From the NCBI GenBank assembly GCA_964016885.1, contig CAXHJY010000944.1, forward strand, positions 9,567-73,566: a stretch of DNA of 64,000 bases. Direction: 5' to 3'. The notes below the pieces were generated by a model that had not been told where the DNA came from, made no database searches, and saw only the letters and a program-made list of their open reading frames with translations. Source of the stretch: Eledone cirrhosa. Its lineage: Eukaryota. A program made the position numbers and the translations under genes. Position 1 is the first letter of the stretch. The number at the start of each line of letters is the position of its first letter. Positions 13,905 through 26,892 of this stretch are shown here, piece by piece.

Positions 13905-15485
13905 ATAACTAACAATAACTAACAATAATAACTAACTATAACTAACAATAATAACTAACAGTTAATAACTAACTATAACTAACAATAATAACTAACAGTT
14001 AATAACTAACTATAACTAACAGTTAATAACTAACTATAACTAACAATAATAACTAACAGTTAATAACTAACAATAACTAACAATAATAACTAACAGTTAA
14101 TAACAACAATAACTAACAGTTAATAACTAACAGTTAATAACTATAACTAACAATAATAACTAACAGTTAATAACTAACTATAACTAACAATAATAACTAA
14201 CAGTTAATAACTAACAGTTAATAACTAACAATAACTAACAATAATAACTAACCGTTAATAACTAACTATAACTAACAATAATAACTAGCAGTTAATAACT
14301 AACAGTTAATAACTAACAGTTAATAACTAACTATAACTAACAATAATAACTAAGTTAATAACTAACAATAACTAACAATAATAACTAATAGTTAATAACT
14401 AACAGTTAATAACTAACAATAACTAACAGTTAATAACTATAACTAACAATAATAACTAACAGTTAATAACTAACAATAACTAACAGTTAATAACTAACAA
14501 TAACTAACTATAACTAACAATAATAACTAACAGTTAATAACTAACAATAACTAACAGTTAATAACTAACAATAACTAACAGTTAATAACTATAACTAACA
14601 ATAATAACTAACAGTTAATAACTAACAATAACTAACAGTTAATAACTAACAATAACTAACAGTTAATAACTAACAGTTAATAACTATAACTAACAATAAT
14701 AACTAACAGTTAATAACTAACAATAACTAACAATAATAACTAATAGTTAATAACTAACAGTTAATAACTAACAATAACTAACAGTTAATAACTATAACTA
14801 ACAGTTAATAACTAACAATAACTAACAGTTAATAACTATAACTAACAGTTAATAACTAACAATAACTAACAGTTAATAACTATAACTAACAGTTAATAAC
14901 TAACAATAACTAACAGTTAATAACTATAACTAACAGTTAATAACTAACAATAACTAACAGTTAATAACTATAACTAACAGTTAATAACTAACAATAACTA
15001 ACAGTTAATAACTATAACTAACAGTTAATAACTAACAATAACTAACAGTTAATAACTATAACTAACAATAATAACTAACAGTTAATAACTAACAATAACT
15101 AACTATAACTAACAATAACTAACAATAATAACTAACAGTTAATAACTAACAATAACTAACTATAACTAACAATAATAACTAACAATAATTGTTTCTACTT
15201 TTGGCACAAGCCCAGCAATTACCCAGTACATTACTGGTACTTTATTTTATCGACCCCGTAAGGATGAAAGACAAAGTTAACCTTGGCGGGATTCGAACTC
15301 AGAATGGCAAGGGCCGTAACTCTATGCGTCAAAGCATAGCGTCCGACCCTCTACCAATACTGCCAATCCACCGCCATTCAATAATAATAACTAACAATAA
15401 AAACTAACTATAACTAATAATAACTAACTATAACTAACAGTTAATAACAATTAATAACTAACAACAATAACAACAACAATAACTA
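13905..15485. repeat. AATAACTAACAGTT-type minisatellite, interrupted by a SINE at 15188-15378
   Basis: Modules AATAACTAAC / AGTT / TATAACTAAC. The array resumes after the SINE. Confidence 0.93.
15188..15378 (-). mobile_element. tRNA-derived SINE (family 2)
   Basis: On the minus strand GGCGGTGGATTGGCAGTATTGGTAGAGG head and GAGTTCGAATCCC B-box. Matches 33456 and 58152. Confidence 0.88.
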
Positions 15486-15523
15486 TGGTGGAGTTGTGAT
15501 GTTTATGTATTTGTTGTGCAAGT

Positions 15524-15785
15524 TTGATGTAAAATTGTGTTGAAAGTGATATTGTAATATTTGGGGAGGGAGGGTCATGTCAATATTGCCAATAGAAGCA
15601 CACACCCCATATAATTTTAACTTTATTGTTTGTTATTCATTTGCTTGTCCAAATTCTTTCATCATACATTCTGTGACCTCCTCACTAACTGTTTTGTGCC
15701 TCCTCTTTATCCTGGTCTTAAACTTCTACTCCATCTTGTCTTTGTTTTGTGGTATGTGTTTCATGTCTGCGCATGTGCCTATATG
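15524..15785 (-). mobile_element. Degenerate Penelope-like pseudo-LTR fragment
   Basis: GATATTGTAATATTTGGGGAGGG..GTCAT matches 54686-54712. TTCTTTCATCATACATTCTGTGACCTC is the decayed reverse complement of the hammerhead at 17224. Confidence 0.65.
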
Positions 15786-16362
15786 GTGGGACCGATCCGG
15801 TTGACCACCGAGTCTATTGTAATGATCAAGCCGCCTCCCCCCTTCAAAGATGAAGCAGAGGCGGTGTTTCTGTGCGTAATAGCCATGGCGAAAGAGGTTG
15901 TATGGTGGACGCGTCTGAAAGGACTGAGGTCAGGCACCTTTCTCTCTGGCCAACAACTGGTCCGTTTCTTCCGATATCATTTCGGAAGAAGGATCAGGAT
16001 GGAGAGAGAGGTGCTGCACCCCAGCCGTTTCTATGAAAGATGGGTGAAAGTGGCGAGAATGGCCTGTGTGAATGGGCCTTCACTCTACATCAGACTATAG
16101 GTGAGGAAGATGAAAGACCAAGGGAGCACCCCTTCTCTGTGCTCCTGAGGAGAAGGGTTGCACACTTTTTTCGGGGGTGTGTGCGACCCCCCCCAAGGCG
16201 CCTCCTCTCTATTGAGGATTTTGTTATAAATTTTATTTTTTGTTATATCTTATTTTATTTTTATATTTTGTTATTGCCTCCTCCTTATTGAGGACGCCTT
16301 TTTGTGTAAACTCCCCCCTTTGTACTTGTCCCACTTTTGATGCCCTAGTGGCAAATAAAAGA

Positions 16363-16365
<3 letters not shown>
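15785..16365 (+). pseudogene. 5'-truncated copy of the Tx1-like LINE (ORF2 C-terminus + 3' UTR)
   Basis: VGPIRLTTESIVMIKPPPPFK...RWVKVARMACVNG aligns with the end of ORF 29417-32851. Same 3' UTR ending GCCCTAGTGGCAAATAAAAGAAAC, followed by (TA)n. Confidence 0.93.
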
Positions 16366-16424
<59 letters not shown>

Positions 16425-16444
16425 TAAATTTAAAAAAAAAAAAT

Positions 16445-17480
16445 TTTTTAATTTATAAATTTCCGGTTGGTTGGTTGGTTGGTTCCACAACCGGACGGTT
16501 GTTCATATATTGTCAAAGTTCTTTCGTCACACACATTTAGAAGGTCTCTAGATAAACTTAAACTTAATATTAAGATAGTAGAAAGACCAGGTACCTCCAT
16601 AAAAACACTTATTAGTAATACATACCCTTTTCAAAGACCTCCCTGTATAGATAAGAAATGCATAATCTGTAAACTAAGCCCCCATATTAACTGTAAAACT
16701 AGAAACATAGTATATAGCATAAGATGTACTGAAAGACAATGTAGAGATAAGAATATAGTGTACATAGGTGAGACAGCTCGTAGTATAGGAGAACGGATAA
16801 ATGAACACTGGCGAGAGCTTCAAGATAAAAAAGAATCATCTGTACTCCACCAACATACTAAAATAGAACATAAGGGTAAATTAGAGAACATAAAAATAAA
16901 ATCTACACACAGAAAAGACGCAATGTTTAGACAAATCACAGAAGCAATGAACATAAATGAACTCCAACCAAAATTAAATAGAAAGCATGAATGGAATAGC
17001 AACATCACAACTTACAATTAAGGACAAAATGAAAACACACACACACATAGAACAAACAACCAACCAGTAACATGTAAATAAACAAATAAATAAACAAATA
17101 AAAACACACACGGACACCTGGATGTAACACATGCGCAAACTAAGCACACGACACACAGAAAAACAAGATGGCGTAGGACAGAACAAAGGAGAGGCACAAA
17201 ACAAAGAAAAGAATCCCCAGTCACTGAAGAGGTCACAGAATGTGTGACGAAAGAACTTTGACACTATATGAACAACCGTCCGGTTGTGGAACCAACCAAC
17301 CAACCGGAAATTTATAAATAAAAAAAAAATGTTTAATTGATAATAAATTGGAGTGAAAGCAACTGGTGCGTGTGTTTCTTATTTACAATATGACCCTCCC
17401 AAAGTATAACAATATCGGTTTCAACACACGTTTTCAGATAAAGAATCTTGTTAAACAAATTCAGAAACGATATATATATC
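16445..17480 (+). mobile_element. 5'-truncated Penelope-like element: inverted pLTR piece + GIY-YIG endonuclease + pLTR
   Basis: ORF 16467-17021 has NIVYSIRC...YIGETARSIGERINEH...RQITEA...PKLN. 16445-16536 is the reverse complement of ~17239-17325. 17390 encodes [15 protein letters not shown], like the start of the PLE ORF at 54712. Confidence 0.9.
17220..17262 (+). ncRNA. Minimal type-I hammerhead ribozyme in PLE pLTR
   Basis: GTCA-CTGAAGA-G-GTCACA-GAATG-TGTGAC-GAAA-GAAC-TT-TGAC: stem I GTCA/TGAC, stem II GTCACA/TGTGAC, site CUU. Confidence 0.75.
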
Positions 17481-17679
17481 TGCAGTATATTCAAATATAT
17501 ACGAGCAAATATATAGATGGAAAAATTATCTTTTAAATCATTTCTACTTCTTTACACAAGTTTTAAGAGAGTTGTACATCAAATCATTCAAATATTGTTA
17601 GGTGAAAATGTGTATAATCAAGATCTATACATACAAAATGACATAGAGATATTGCTTGTACAGATTATATATATTTATA

Positions 17680-18065
17680 CGGAGGCACATGGCTTAGTGG
17701 TTAGAGCATTGGCCTTGCAATCGAAAGGTTGTGAGATCAATTCTCAGACCGGGTGATGTGTTGTGTCCTTGAGCAAGACACTTTATTTCACATTGCTTCC
17801 GTTTACTCAGCTGTAGAAATGAGATGACTGGGGTCCCTACCATTCCATGCAAAGTGGTCGTGGAGGTGCAAAAAAGCACCCAACCCACACTGTAAAGTGG
17901 ATGTGTAGGCGCCACGGAAAAAAAGCACTGTGAATGAGGTTGGTGTTAGGAAGGGCATCCAGCTATAGAAATCAAGCCAGAATCAATTCCCATATGAGCA
18001 AGACAAGGTCAGCCGACCGGACACTACCCATGCTAGCGTGGAAGAATGGACGTAAAACGATGATG

Positions 18066-18066
<1 letters not shown>
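17680..18066 (+). mobile_element. tRNA-headed SINE with RTE-like 3' tail ending in (GAT)n
   Basis: TGGCTTAGTGGTTAGAGC A-box head and CCTTGAGCAAGACACTT body. Tail GGTTGGTGTTAGGAAGGGCATCCAGC...CCCATGCTAGCGTGGAA...AAACGATGATG is shared with the RTE 3' UTR at 36853-37100. Confidence 0.85.
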
Positions 18067-18127
<61 letters not shown>

Positions 18128-18171
18128 AGAGTGATCATCTGTACAAGTAATATTTCTATATCAGCTCGAGA

Positions 18172-18418
18172 GTGGCACAGAAGAGACTGAGGTTAGCTGG
18201 ACATGCTCACTAACATCCAGAGTTGACACTGCATTCAGTGCTCCTGTGGGAGCCCCCTGCATGGACACACTGGGAGAGGAAGACCAAAGTTAACATATGT
18301 TGATGCCCTAAGGACAGACACTGGTCTCTTGGAGATGCAGAACATGGCAACAATAATGAGGGACAGAGACCGCTGGAGAGAACTCGTGCATAGATCTTGG
18401 GAATTTTACCCGTCCTAG
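18172..18418 (+). pseudogene. 3' fragment of RTE-like LINE (family B)
   Basis: Nucleotide match to 55860-56107 (QRRLRLAGH...REFYPP). Confidence 0.88.
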
Positions 18419-19764
18419 ACATATATATATACACACATACATACATATTTGTTGTTGCCTTGGGGAAATTGTGTAATTTCTCTTTAAACTCTTTGATACT
18501 AACTCTGCCAAGACTTCTTCTTCTTCTATGAAACAAAATCTCACATTTAAAATCTTCCACCATAACTTGATATAAGAACCTTTTGATAAACTTATGTAAC
18601 AAATACCGTTTTAGTAATGAAATGATAATTTTTATAAATCCCTCCAAATTCTTTAATAATTAATCGACATACATTGTATTTCATTAGAAAAATGTCCATG
18701 AAAAGATTTTCATGTTTAGTCGGTAAATATTGTAATTGAAACTCATCACAAGTTTATTTTTATAGGTAGGTTACATCATAAAATACAATACCTTCTCCCT
18801 GGCATCATATAAAATTCTGTGTCTCTGTTATGGGTTAATTTCTATAGATTATTGTCTTGTCTTTTACTCCATGGACACTGCTTTGGCTTATGTCTGATGC
18901 AGTGACCCCCAGATGGACCACCAGTACATCTGTAGGGATTGAAACTGCTAGAGGTCCATCTCAATGACTGAAGACATTGAAGTTTTGTCTTTCGTTTATG
19001 TTATTTTCAAAACATTTTTTTTAAGCTTTCTTCCTTCAAAACAATTTTTTTCATTTTGCCTTGTTTTTGTTCGTTGTTTTCTCTTTGTTAATTTTCCTAA
19101 TTTTATCTATATATTAATTTCAAGAATGTCAGTATTCCGTGTGTCATAATTCTCGATTATCATTGGTTCATAGGTTTCAAACGACTCCGCCCACCCCAAC
19201 GACGCCAAACTTAAATTAATATGCATAATGCCAATGAGACATGTGTGTGATGTGTGTGGAAATAAGAGGGGAAGGAAAGCAATAACTATTAATATGTGTG
19301 CGTGTGTATGTACGTGCGCGTATGTTTATGTGTGTGTGTGCGTGCGTGCAGCGTTCCACAGAAAGTAAAAACTATCAACATGTGTGAGTGTATGCGTGTG
19401 TGTAAGTGACCGGGTGCGTGTGTAAGTTTGGGTGCGTGTGCGCGTTTTAAATGCGTGTATGTGTGTGTACGTATGCGTGTATGCGTGCGGCGTTCCACAA
19501 TCGCCACGCAGTTTATCTGTCTGTGTGCCTGTCTGTCAGTCTAACATACACAGAGTTGTGAAGGGCGTAAATAGGGACCTTTTTTTACATTGACGGACAT
19601 CTTTTATATTATTTTTGTGTCATATAATTTGTTGTTTTATTATTATAGCTGACCACTTATAGATAAGCATGTTATCCATATACATATTAATTTGGCATTT
19701 GTATAAACCATTTCAAGTAAATAGGGACCTTTTTTACATTGACGGACATCTTTTATATCAATTA

Positions 19765-20115
19765 TCTATATCTACATATAATATAAAAGATTGGAACTTC
19801 CATCATCCTTTTGAGAAACGTGGAACAACCACGTCTATGCAATGATACACGTTTTACAGTCAGGCAGAAGATGAACCATCTCCTAGAGGTCACTATTCTA
19901 GGTGGGAGCACCTAGAATTGTTCATATACTATGCACAAACGGTACAACGAAGAATCTGGTATACCTGGAGGATTTTTCTTACTGTTTTTTTTGTATCACA
20001 CAGACACCACGGACTCGCCTCATACTGTAACCAGACATCCAATACAGTCATTTTCTCTTTTACCTGTCTTCTCTTATCATCTGTTTACCCGGGCGAAGCT
20101 GGGTACGTCAGCTAG
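19765..20115 (+). mobile_element. Small non-autonomous Helitron-like element
   Basis: A|TC start (TCTATATCTACATATAATATAAAAG), subterminal hairpin TACCCGGGCGAAGCTGGGTA (20086-20105), and CTAG|T end at 20112-20116. The 5' boundary is tentative. Confidence 0.6.
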
Positions 20116-20158
20116 TTATTATTAATCTGTGACAAATGTGCTTTCTCCCACCAATAAC

Positions 20159-20326
20159 TTCATAGGTTACATTGTACCTATAGGTTACATTGTACCGATA
20201 GGTTACACTGTACCGATAGGTTACATTGTACCGATAGGTTACATTATGCCTATAGGTTACATTGTACCTATAGGTTACATTGTACCTATAGGTTACATTG
20301 TACCTATAGGTTACATTGTACCTATA
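20159..20326. repeat. 18-bp minisatellite (ATAGGTTACATTGTACCT), ~9 copies
   Basis: Direct reading. Confidence 0.95.
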
Positions 20327-20344
20327 TACGAAGTGTGATGTTGC

Positions 20345-20490
20345 AGAGTTGTGACAGAGATTGTCTGACATCACTGAGTTGTGACAGAGATTGTCTGACA
20401 TCACTGAGTTGTGACAGAGATTGTCTGACATCACTGAGTTGTGACAGAGATTGTCTAACATCACTGACAGTTGTGACAGAGATTGTCTGA
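20345..20490. repeat. 30-bp minisatellite (GAGTTGTGACAGAGATTGTCTGACATCACT), ~5 copies
   Basis: Direct reading. Confidence 0.95.
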
Positions 20491-21127
20491 TAAGGCTCCA
20501 GGTTTCATCCCCCACCATAGCAACTTGGGTACATGTCTAGCCATGGATTGAACAATACCTTCTGAATGAAATTTGGTTGCGGTATTTCTAACTTCCATTC
20601 TACCAGCTTTCTCAAAACAATCCTGACCACACATTTCCCTATACTTCCTATAAACTATACTACTTTGTTATTTATTCTAATTTACCCCCAGTTCTCCCTC
20701 TCAAGTGAAAACCTTCTTTAGAATTTTTTCTTTCTATTTATTTAAACTTTTGTTATTTCCACCTCTGTCAGCACAGATCAAGTGAACCTATCATCAGAAC
20801 TACATTAATAACTCCTCCATCTTTTCTCTAGATATAACATCATCAATGTCTCTCCTTTTTTCACGGTGGTAGGATTAGATTTGAGGCAAATTTGGCTGCT
20901 AATTTTAATAACCACATAGAACCTCTCCTGTTGGCTCATATTTTTCTTTTCCAATTACATAATTATTTTATTATGGTGAAAGATATGAGAACAAGCTGGA
21001 AACATCTGGAGTTTATTTCATCTGTATTAACAGACATTTATCTAGATATTGTAATTTAAAATTAATTCCAGAATGGATACTTTATTTGTTTATTAGCTTT
21101 GTTAATTAATATCACTATTTATAAAGG

Positions 21128-21412
21128 AGTGGAGGTGAGTTGCTTAGTGGTAAGGGTGTTGGACTTACGATCATAATGTCGTGGGTTTGATTCCTGGGCT
21201 GGGTTGTGTGTTGCGTTCTTGAGCAAAACACTTCATTTCACGTTGCTCCAGTATACTCAGCTGAAAATGAGTACCAGTAATAGCTGAGGGTTTAACCCTG
21301 TGATGGACTGGTGTCTTGTCCAGGGGGAAGTCTTGTACTCTCAGTCACTTCATGCCACAAAACCAGGATAAGCACCAACCTGATGAGCCTCCTGGCTTGA
21401 GACAGGCTTTAG
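21128..21412 (+). mobile_element. tRNA-derived SINE (family 1)
   Basis: Collinear with 7377-7655. Confidence 0.85.
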
Positions 21413-21561
21413 ACTAGATTTGGATTTATAAAGGGGTTGCTATATTATATGTGGTGATTAGAATGTCTGCATTCTGAGTTCAAATCCCACCAAGGTCAAC
21501 TTTGTTTTCAGTGCCAGTTCAATATGAGGATCAACTTTTATTCTCTCTCTCTGGAAGATTG

Positions 21562-21841
21562 TGTGAATTACGGGTATGTCTGCATGTGTGTGTGTGAATA
21601 CAGGTATGTCTGCATGTGTGTGAATACAGGTATGTCTGCATGTGTGTGTGAATGCAGGTATGTCTGTGTGTGTGTGTGTGTATGTGAATACAGGTATGTC
21701 TGCGTGTGTGTGTGTATGTCAATACAGGTATGTCTATGTGTGTGTGTGTGTGTGAATACAGGCATGTCTACGTGTGTGTGTGTGAATACAGGTATGTCTG
21801 CATGTGTGAGTGTGTGTGTGTGTGTGAATACAGGTATGTCT

Positions 21842-21881
<40 letters not shown>

Positions 21882-21895
21882 ACAAGTATGTGTGC
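21562..21895. repeat. Compound repeat GAATACAGGTATGTCT + variable (GT)n
   Basis: About 10 copies of a fixed core separated by GT runs. Confidence 0.9.
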
Positions 21896-21937
21896 ATGTG
21901 CATATGCTTTGTATCTGTACATGTGTATATGCAGTTA

Positions 21938-22190
21938 TTAGATGCAACATTTCTGGAATGTTTTACACTTATTTACTGTTCCATTAATGGATTGTACTTG
22001 TAGTTTCCTACCTAGTTGTGTTCTTTCTGTTCCTGTGAAGCCCAGCTTCTCAAGATTTGTATTGAGGCAGTTACTAACATATCCCAGTGCCCCAATAATC
22101 ACTGGTATAAATCTGAAAATGTAATCAGGGTTGAGTATCTGCATATTTCTCATTAGTTCTGCATAAATATTCTCTTTTATATTATATTGG
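21938..22190 (-). pseudogene. C-terminal remnant of a restriction-like-endonuclease (R4/NeSL-type) non-LTR element
   Basis: Translation YAELMRNMQ...FIPVIIGALGYVSNCLNTNLEKLG...LQVQSINGTV resembles the P-V-I-I-G-A-L-G tail of RLE-encoding LINEs. Recognised from family knowledge, not searched. Confidence 0.65.
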
Positions 22191-22192
22191 CA

Positions 22193-22224
<32 letters not shown>

Positions 22225-22234
22225 ACATACATGG

Positions 22235-23270
22235 TGGTGGCTGCCAACTCGTTTTCGAGTACGGCCACTACTTTATATCCATGTAGGAGAACCCCTACCG
22301 ATGCGCTGAACGAGTGTGACTTTTTAGTCCAGCCTGCGACATGAAAACTCTGGTACAAACACTACACTTGTAACAATTATTGACACATAGTGCTGGGCCC
22401 ATGGTACCATGTGACGACAAGTGCAGAGAGATCTCCAGATATAAAGCAATGCCTGTGCCGTGAAGCTTTTATAGTGAGCAAAGGCACTGCACAAAGCCTG
22501 TCCCACTCTCTTAACCAAGATGATATTTACCAAAAAGAAGAACAAGTCAACATCATTGGATACCATCAGGGTTGCAGGTGTTATATCAGAGTTTTCCTTC
22601 TCCTAGAATTCTGCCTTGACAAAGGCTAAGGGGTCATCTCTCCCGGTGTATACATACATATGGTGGCTGCCAACTCGTTTTCGAGTACGGCCACTACTTT
22701 ATATCCATATAGGAGAACCCCTACCGATGCGCTGAACGAGTGTGACCTTTTAGTCCAGCCAGCGACTTGAAAATTCTGGTACAAACACTACACTTGTGAC
22801 AAATATTGACACATAGTGCTGGGCCCATGTTACCCTGTGACGACAAGTGCAGAGAGATTTCCAGATATAAAGCAATGCCTGTGCCGTGAAGCTTTTATAG
22901 TGAGCAAAGGCACTGCACAAAGCCAGTCCCACTCTCTTAACCAAGATGATATTTACCAAAAAGAAGAACAAGTCAACATCATTGGATACCATCAGAGTTG
23001 CAGGTGTTACATCAGAGTTTTCCTTCTCCTAGAATTCTGCCTTGACAAAGGCTAAGGGGTCATCTCTCCCGGTGATTTTGGATGGCCATTGACTCTTAAG
23101 AGCTCCTTTGCCCTTTGACAGGTCTTGTTTTTAGTCCTGCAGGATGTCCAAAGTCACCCTCCTCACCAAGAAACCTTGGTGGGGTTGCCAGTTTAGTCGC
23201 CAACGACCCGACCATGAGACAGGTTGTACTGGGATACATGTTACCAGTAGCACCAACTGGTGACCTGACA
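22235..23270 (-). mobile_element. Probable LINE (RTE-like) 5' UTR fragment with a 413-bp tandem duplication, embedded in (ATAC)n
   Basis: 22235-22647 and 22661-23073 are near-identical (offset 426). The minus strand has CTAGGAGAAGGAAAACTCTGA and GGCAACCCCACC, recalled from RTE 5' UTRs. Confidence 0.5.
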
Positions 23271-23358
23271 TACATACATACATACATACATACATACATA
23301 CATACATACATACATACATACATACATACATACATACATACATACATACATACATACA

Positions 23359-23389
<31 letters not shown>

Positions 23390-23744
23390 GTATGTATGTA
23401 TGTATGTATGTATGGAATATGTGTGCATATATATTTATACATACATATGTCTGGTGTGATAAGCTTCCAGGCTTGAGAGTTCAGTTCACCATTCTACCAT
23501 AGAGTCAATAACAATGGCACATCGTGTCTGTTACAGAATATGTCTTTTATTGTGTTTTACACCAACAGAAGCCCTTTAAGAGGCAGCAGAAGACAGGCAA
23601 AATAGACAGACAGTCAGTCCAGCAGACGGACAGGCAAACAGACAGTCAGTCCAGCAGACAGACGGACAGACAGACATACAGACGAAGGACAGACAGACAA
23701 TGGTTTTATGTAGGGGTTGGTTGTCATGATGAGTATCATTACAG

Positions 23745-23763
23745 GGACCACCATTGCTGTCCT

Positions 23764-23804
<41 letters not shown>

Positions 23805-23815
23805 TTGCTGTCCTC

Positions 23816-23846
<31 letters not shown>

Positions 23847-23856
23847 TTGCTGTCCT

Positions 23857-23909
<53 letters not shown>

Positions 23910-23956
23910 TTGCTGTCCTCACTACTACTACTACTACTACCACCATTGCTGTCCTC

Positions 23957-23987
<31 letters not shown>

Positions 23988-24000
23988 TTGCTGTCCTCAC

Positions 24001-24032
<32 letters not shown>

Positions 24033-24612
24033 TTGCTGTCCTCACTACTTCTACTACTACTACTACTACTACCACCATTGCTGTCCTCACTACTTCTACT
24101 ACTACTACTACCATTGCTGTCTTGACTACTACTACTACTACTACTGCTACTACTACTGCTGCTGCTACTACTACTACTACTACTGCTGCTGCTACTACTA
24201 CTACTACTACTACTACTGCTACTACTACCGTTCTGACTACTACTACTACTACTACTACTACCATTGCTGTCCTGACTACTACTACTACCACCATTGCTGT
24301 CCCTACTACTACTACTATTGCTGTTCTGATTACTACTACTGCTACTACTACTACTACTACTGCTGCTGTTACTACTACTACTACTGCTACTGCTACTACT
24401 GCTACTACTACCACAACTACTACTACCACTACTACTACCACTACCACTATTACTACTACTACTACCACTATTACTACTATTACTACTACCATTACTACCA
24501 CTACTACTACCACTATCACTACCACCACCTCCACCACCACCGCCACCACCACCACCGCCACCACCACCACTTCTACTACCACCACCACCACTACTACCAC
24601 CACCCCACCACC
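23745..24612. repeat. Compound repeat CACCATTGCTGTCCTCAC + (TAC)n, grading to (CAC)n
   Basis: Direct reading. Confidence 0.93.
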
Positions 24613-24883
24613 ACCTTTTCCCCTCTCCCCATCACCACTTCACCTACTTACTGCAATCATGAACATATGAGTACATACTTGTGAGTGTGTACTTGTGAGT
24701 GTGTACATGTGAGTGTGTACATGTGAGTGTGTACATGTGAGTGTGTACATGTAAGTGTGTACAGGCTTGCATGTGCCTGTGTGCTCATACACGTGTCACT
24801 GTGCGTTAGTGTGTGTACTTGCATGCATGTATATCTATGTGTGTTTCTATGTGTACACATGCTTGCACGTACATATGTTCACA

Positions 24884-24968
<85 letters not shown>

Positions 24969-25104
24969 TTCTGTGTGTGTATTAGTGTGCATATGTGCAT
25001 CTGTGTAATATGTGTACCTGCATATATATATGTGTGTATATGTGTGTGTTTCTGTGTACACATGCATGTATGAATTTATGTGTTTGTGTGTCTGTGTATG
25101 TGGG

Positions 25105-25990
25105 TTTGATGATAGTTTGTGACCGAGACATACAAACTCCCTAACTTGAGCAATTTGCTGGTTGTAGATTGTGAGTTGGAGATTGGCATTGTTTTTATCA
25201 GTTGTCATACATTTTGCTTTGGAGATGTTGTGTAAGCCAGCCTCCAGAGAATGTTTGGCCAGTACATTCAGAAAGTCTTGCAGGTCAGTTCTAGAGTAAC
25301 TCATGATGGCCAGATTGTCTGCATAGCTAAGATTTGATAGGATTTTACCTCCTATTTGATAGCCAGAAGAGCATTCTTATTCAGTTTGGTGGATAAGTGC
25401 AGCTATAACTATACAGAAAAGAAGTGCTGATAGTAAATCTCCCTGCTTAACTCCCTTCAAGATGTCTCTACACCGTGTAGTTCCCAAGTCTGTTTTGATA
25501 TATGCTGTTGAGTTGGCGTTTCTTTCAATAGGTTGCTCTAGGTTGGGCAGCTTTCAACAAGAACAAGGAAGTACTAACATCAAAACGAGTTTCCTACCAT
25601 TTGAAGGCTAAGATCTTTGATACTTACATACTACCAGTTGTGTTATATGGACGACAAGGTCACTTCAGAAGCTCTCTACATTCCAGAACCACATCATGAG
25701 ACTTATGACTGGCAAGTGGCTCAGCGACCATATCTGTAACAGTGAGCTGCTCAACATTACCAAACTTAGATCAATTACATCAATTGTCAAGTCAAGAGTA
25801 CTCAAACTATACGGTCATATAAAAAGATCAACTCATGGTGTGAGTAGGTTATGCCTGGAAGGAAGGTTGGCTGGTAAGAGAAGTAGAGGCCGGCAGCCAA
25901 AACAATGGCTTGATAATGTCAACCTATGGACTGGACTTGATCTTTGGTTGGTGATCGAACTTTGTAGAGAGAGATATCACATGTTGATGT
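25105..25990. pseudogene. RTE-like LINE remnant with 5' inversion (RT on minus 25105-25525, C-terminal part on plus 25533-25990)
   Basis: Minus: KGVKQGDLLSALLF...LSYADN...EFVCLGHKLSSN. Plus: ALGWAAFNKNKEVL...YILPVVLYG...LYGHIKR...GKRSRGRQPKQWLD. Confidence 0.85.
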
Positions 25991-26558
25991 GCAGTCTGCA
26001 ACTGGCGGAGTTTAGCGTCACAAGAAGTATGTGGGTGTTTGTGTGTGTATGTGCATATATATATGTATATATGTGTTTATGTATATATATATATCTATGT
26101 GTGTGTGTGTGAAGAAATAGAGATGGTGTGTACAATTTTAACCTAAAAATATAGCTGAGCTTAAGAAGTTGTTAGCTATGACCAGTCCTTCCATGTAAGT
26201 ATATATGTGTATGTTTGTATATATGTTTGTGCATATACACATTATCATCATCATAATCATCATGTATTTGTAATGACTAAAACCAAATTAAAAATTAATA
26301 CAAAAATCAATAACAAAAATCAATAACAAAATATCAGATTGCTTCTATTTCTCTAAACTGACATGAATCTGTGTAATGTCCAAGTGTAGGTGAGAGGAAA
26401 TTGGACATCTCCTGATACAATGTCAGCAAATATTCTATATAATCTTCTAAAGCCGTGCTTAGATAAACTGCCAGCAAAGATTTCCAGAAATATGTTCACT
26501 AATATACTATAATCCTCTGAAGAACATCCCTCTCTCTCTACACACACACACACACACA

Positions 26559-26645
<87 letters not shown>

Positions 26646-26831
26646 GGGTTCAATTGGGGGTAACCACAGTAAGTAAGGTACCCAATACATTTGTAGAGAG
26701 TGAACACAATGTTTGATATAGAAATGGCTTCTACTGGACTAGAACTGTTTCATTCGAAAGAAATCATCAGGAAAGCTTTTCCCTGTCATTTCATTTTATT
26801 AAGGCTAAATAGTGAGTCTTGTTGCCTGGAG

Positions 26832-26892
26832 TTCACCTGTTTATCACAGGGTCATGAGACTGATGACCCTGTGATAAACAGGTGAAACACGT
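26832..26892 (+). other. Perfect 24-bp-arm hairpin carrying a hammerhead-like core
   Basis: Arms 26832-26855 and 26863-26886. CTGATGA-C-CCTGT-GATAA-ACAGG-T-GAAA at 26860-26887. Confidence 0.6.

Noticed and set aside
17680-17755. tRNA-like sequence (also 7377, 21128, 60151)
   Set aside because: No acceptor-stem closure, and it continues into a SINE body, so it is a SINE head.
23524-24684. Long Tyr/Cys-, Thr- and Val-rich ORFs that look mucin-like or CRISPR-like
   Set aside because: Several frames are open because of (TAC)n. The spacers are microsatellite rather than unique sequence, and there are no cas genes.
26340-26520. Possible decayed coding fragment (minus strand, ...STALEDYIEYLLTLYQ...)
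   Set aside because: Too short and frameshifted to assign without a database search.
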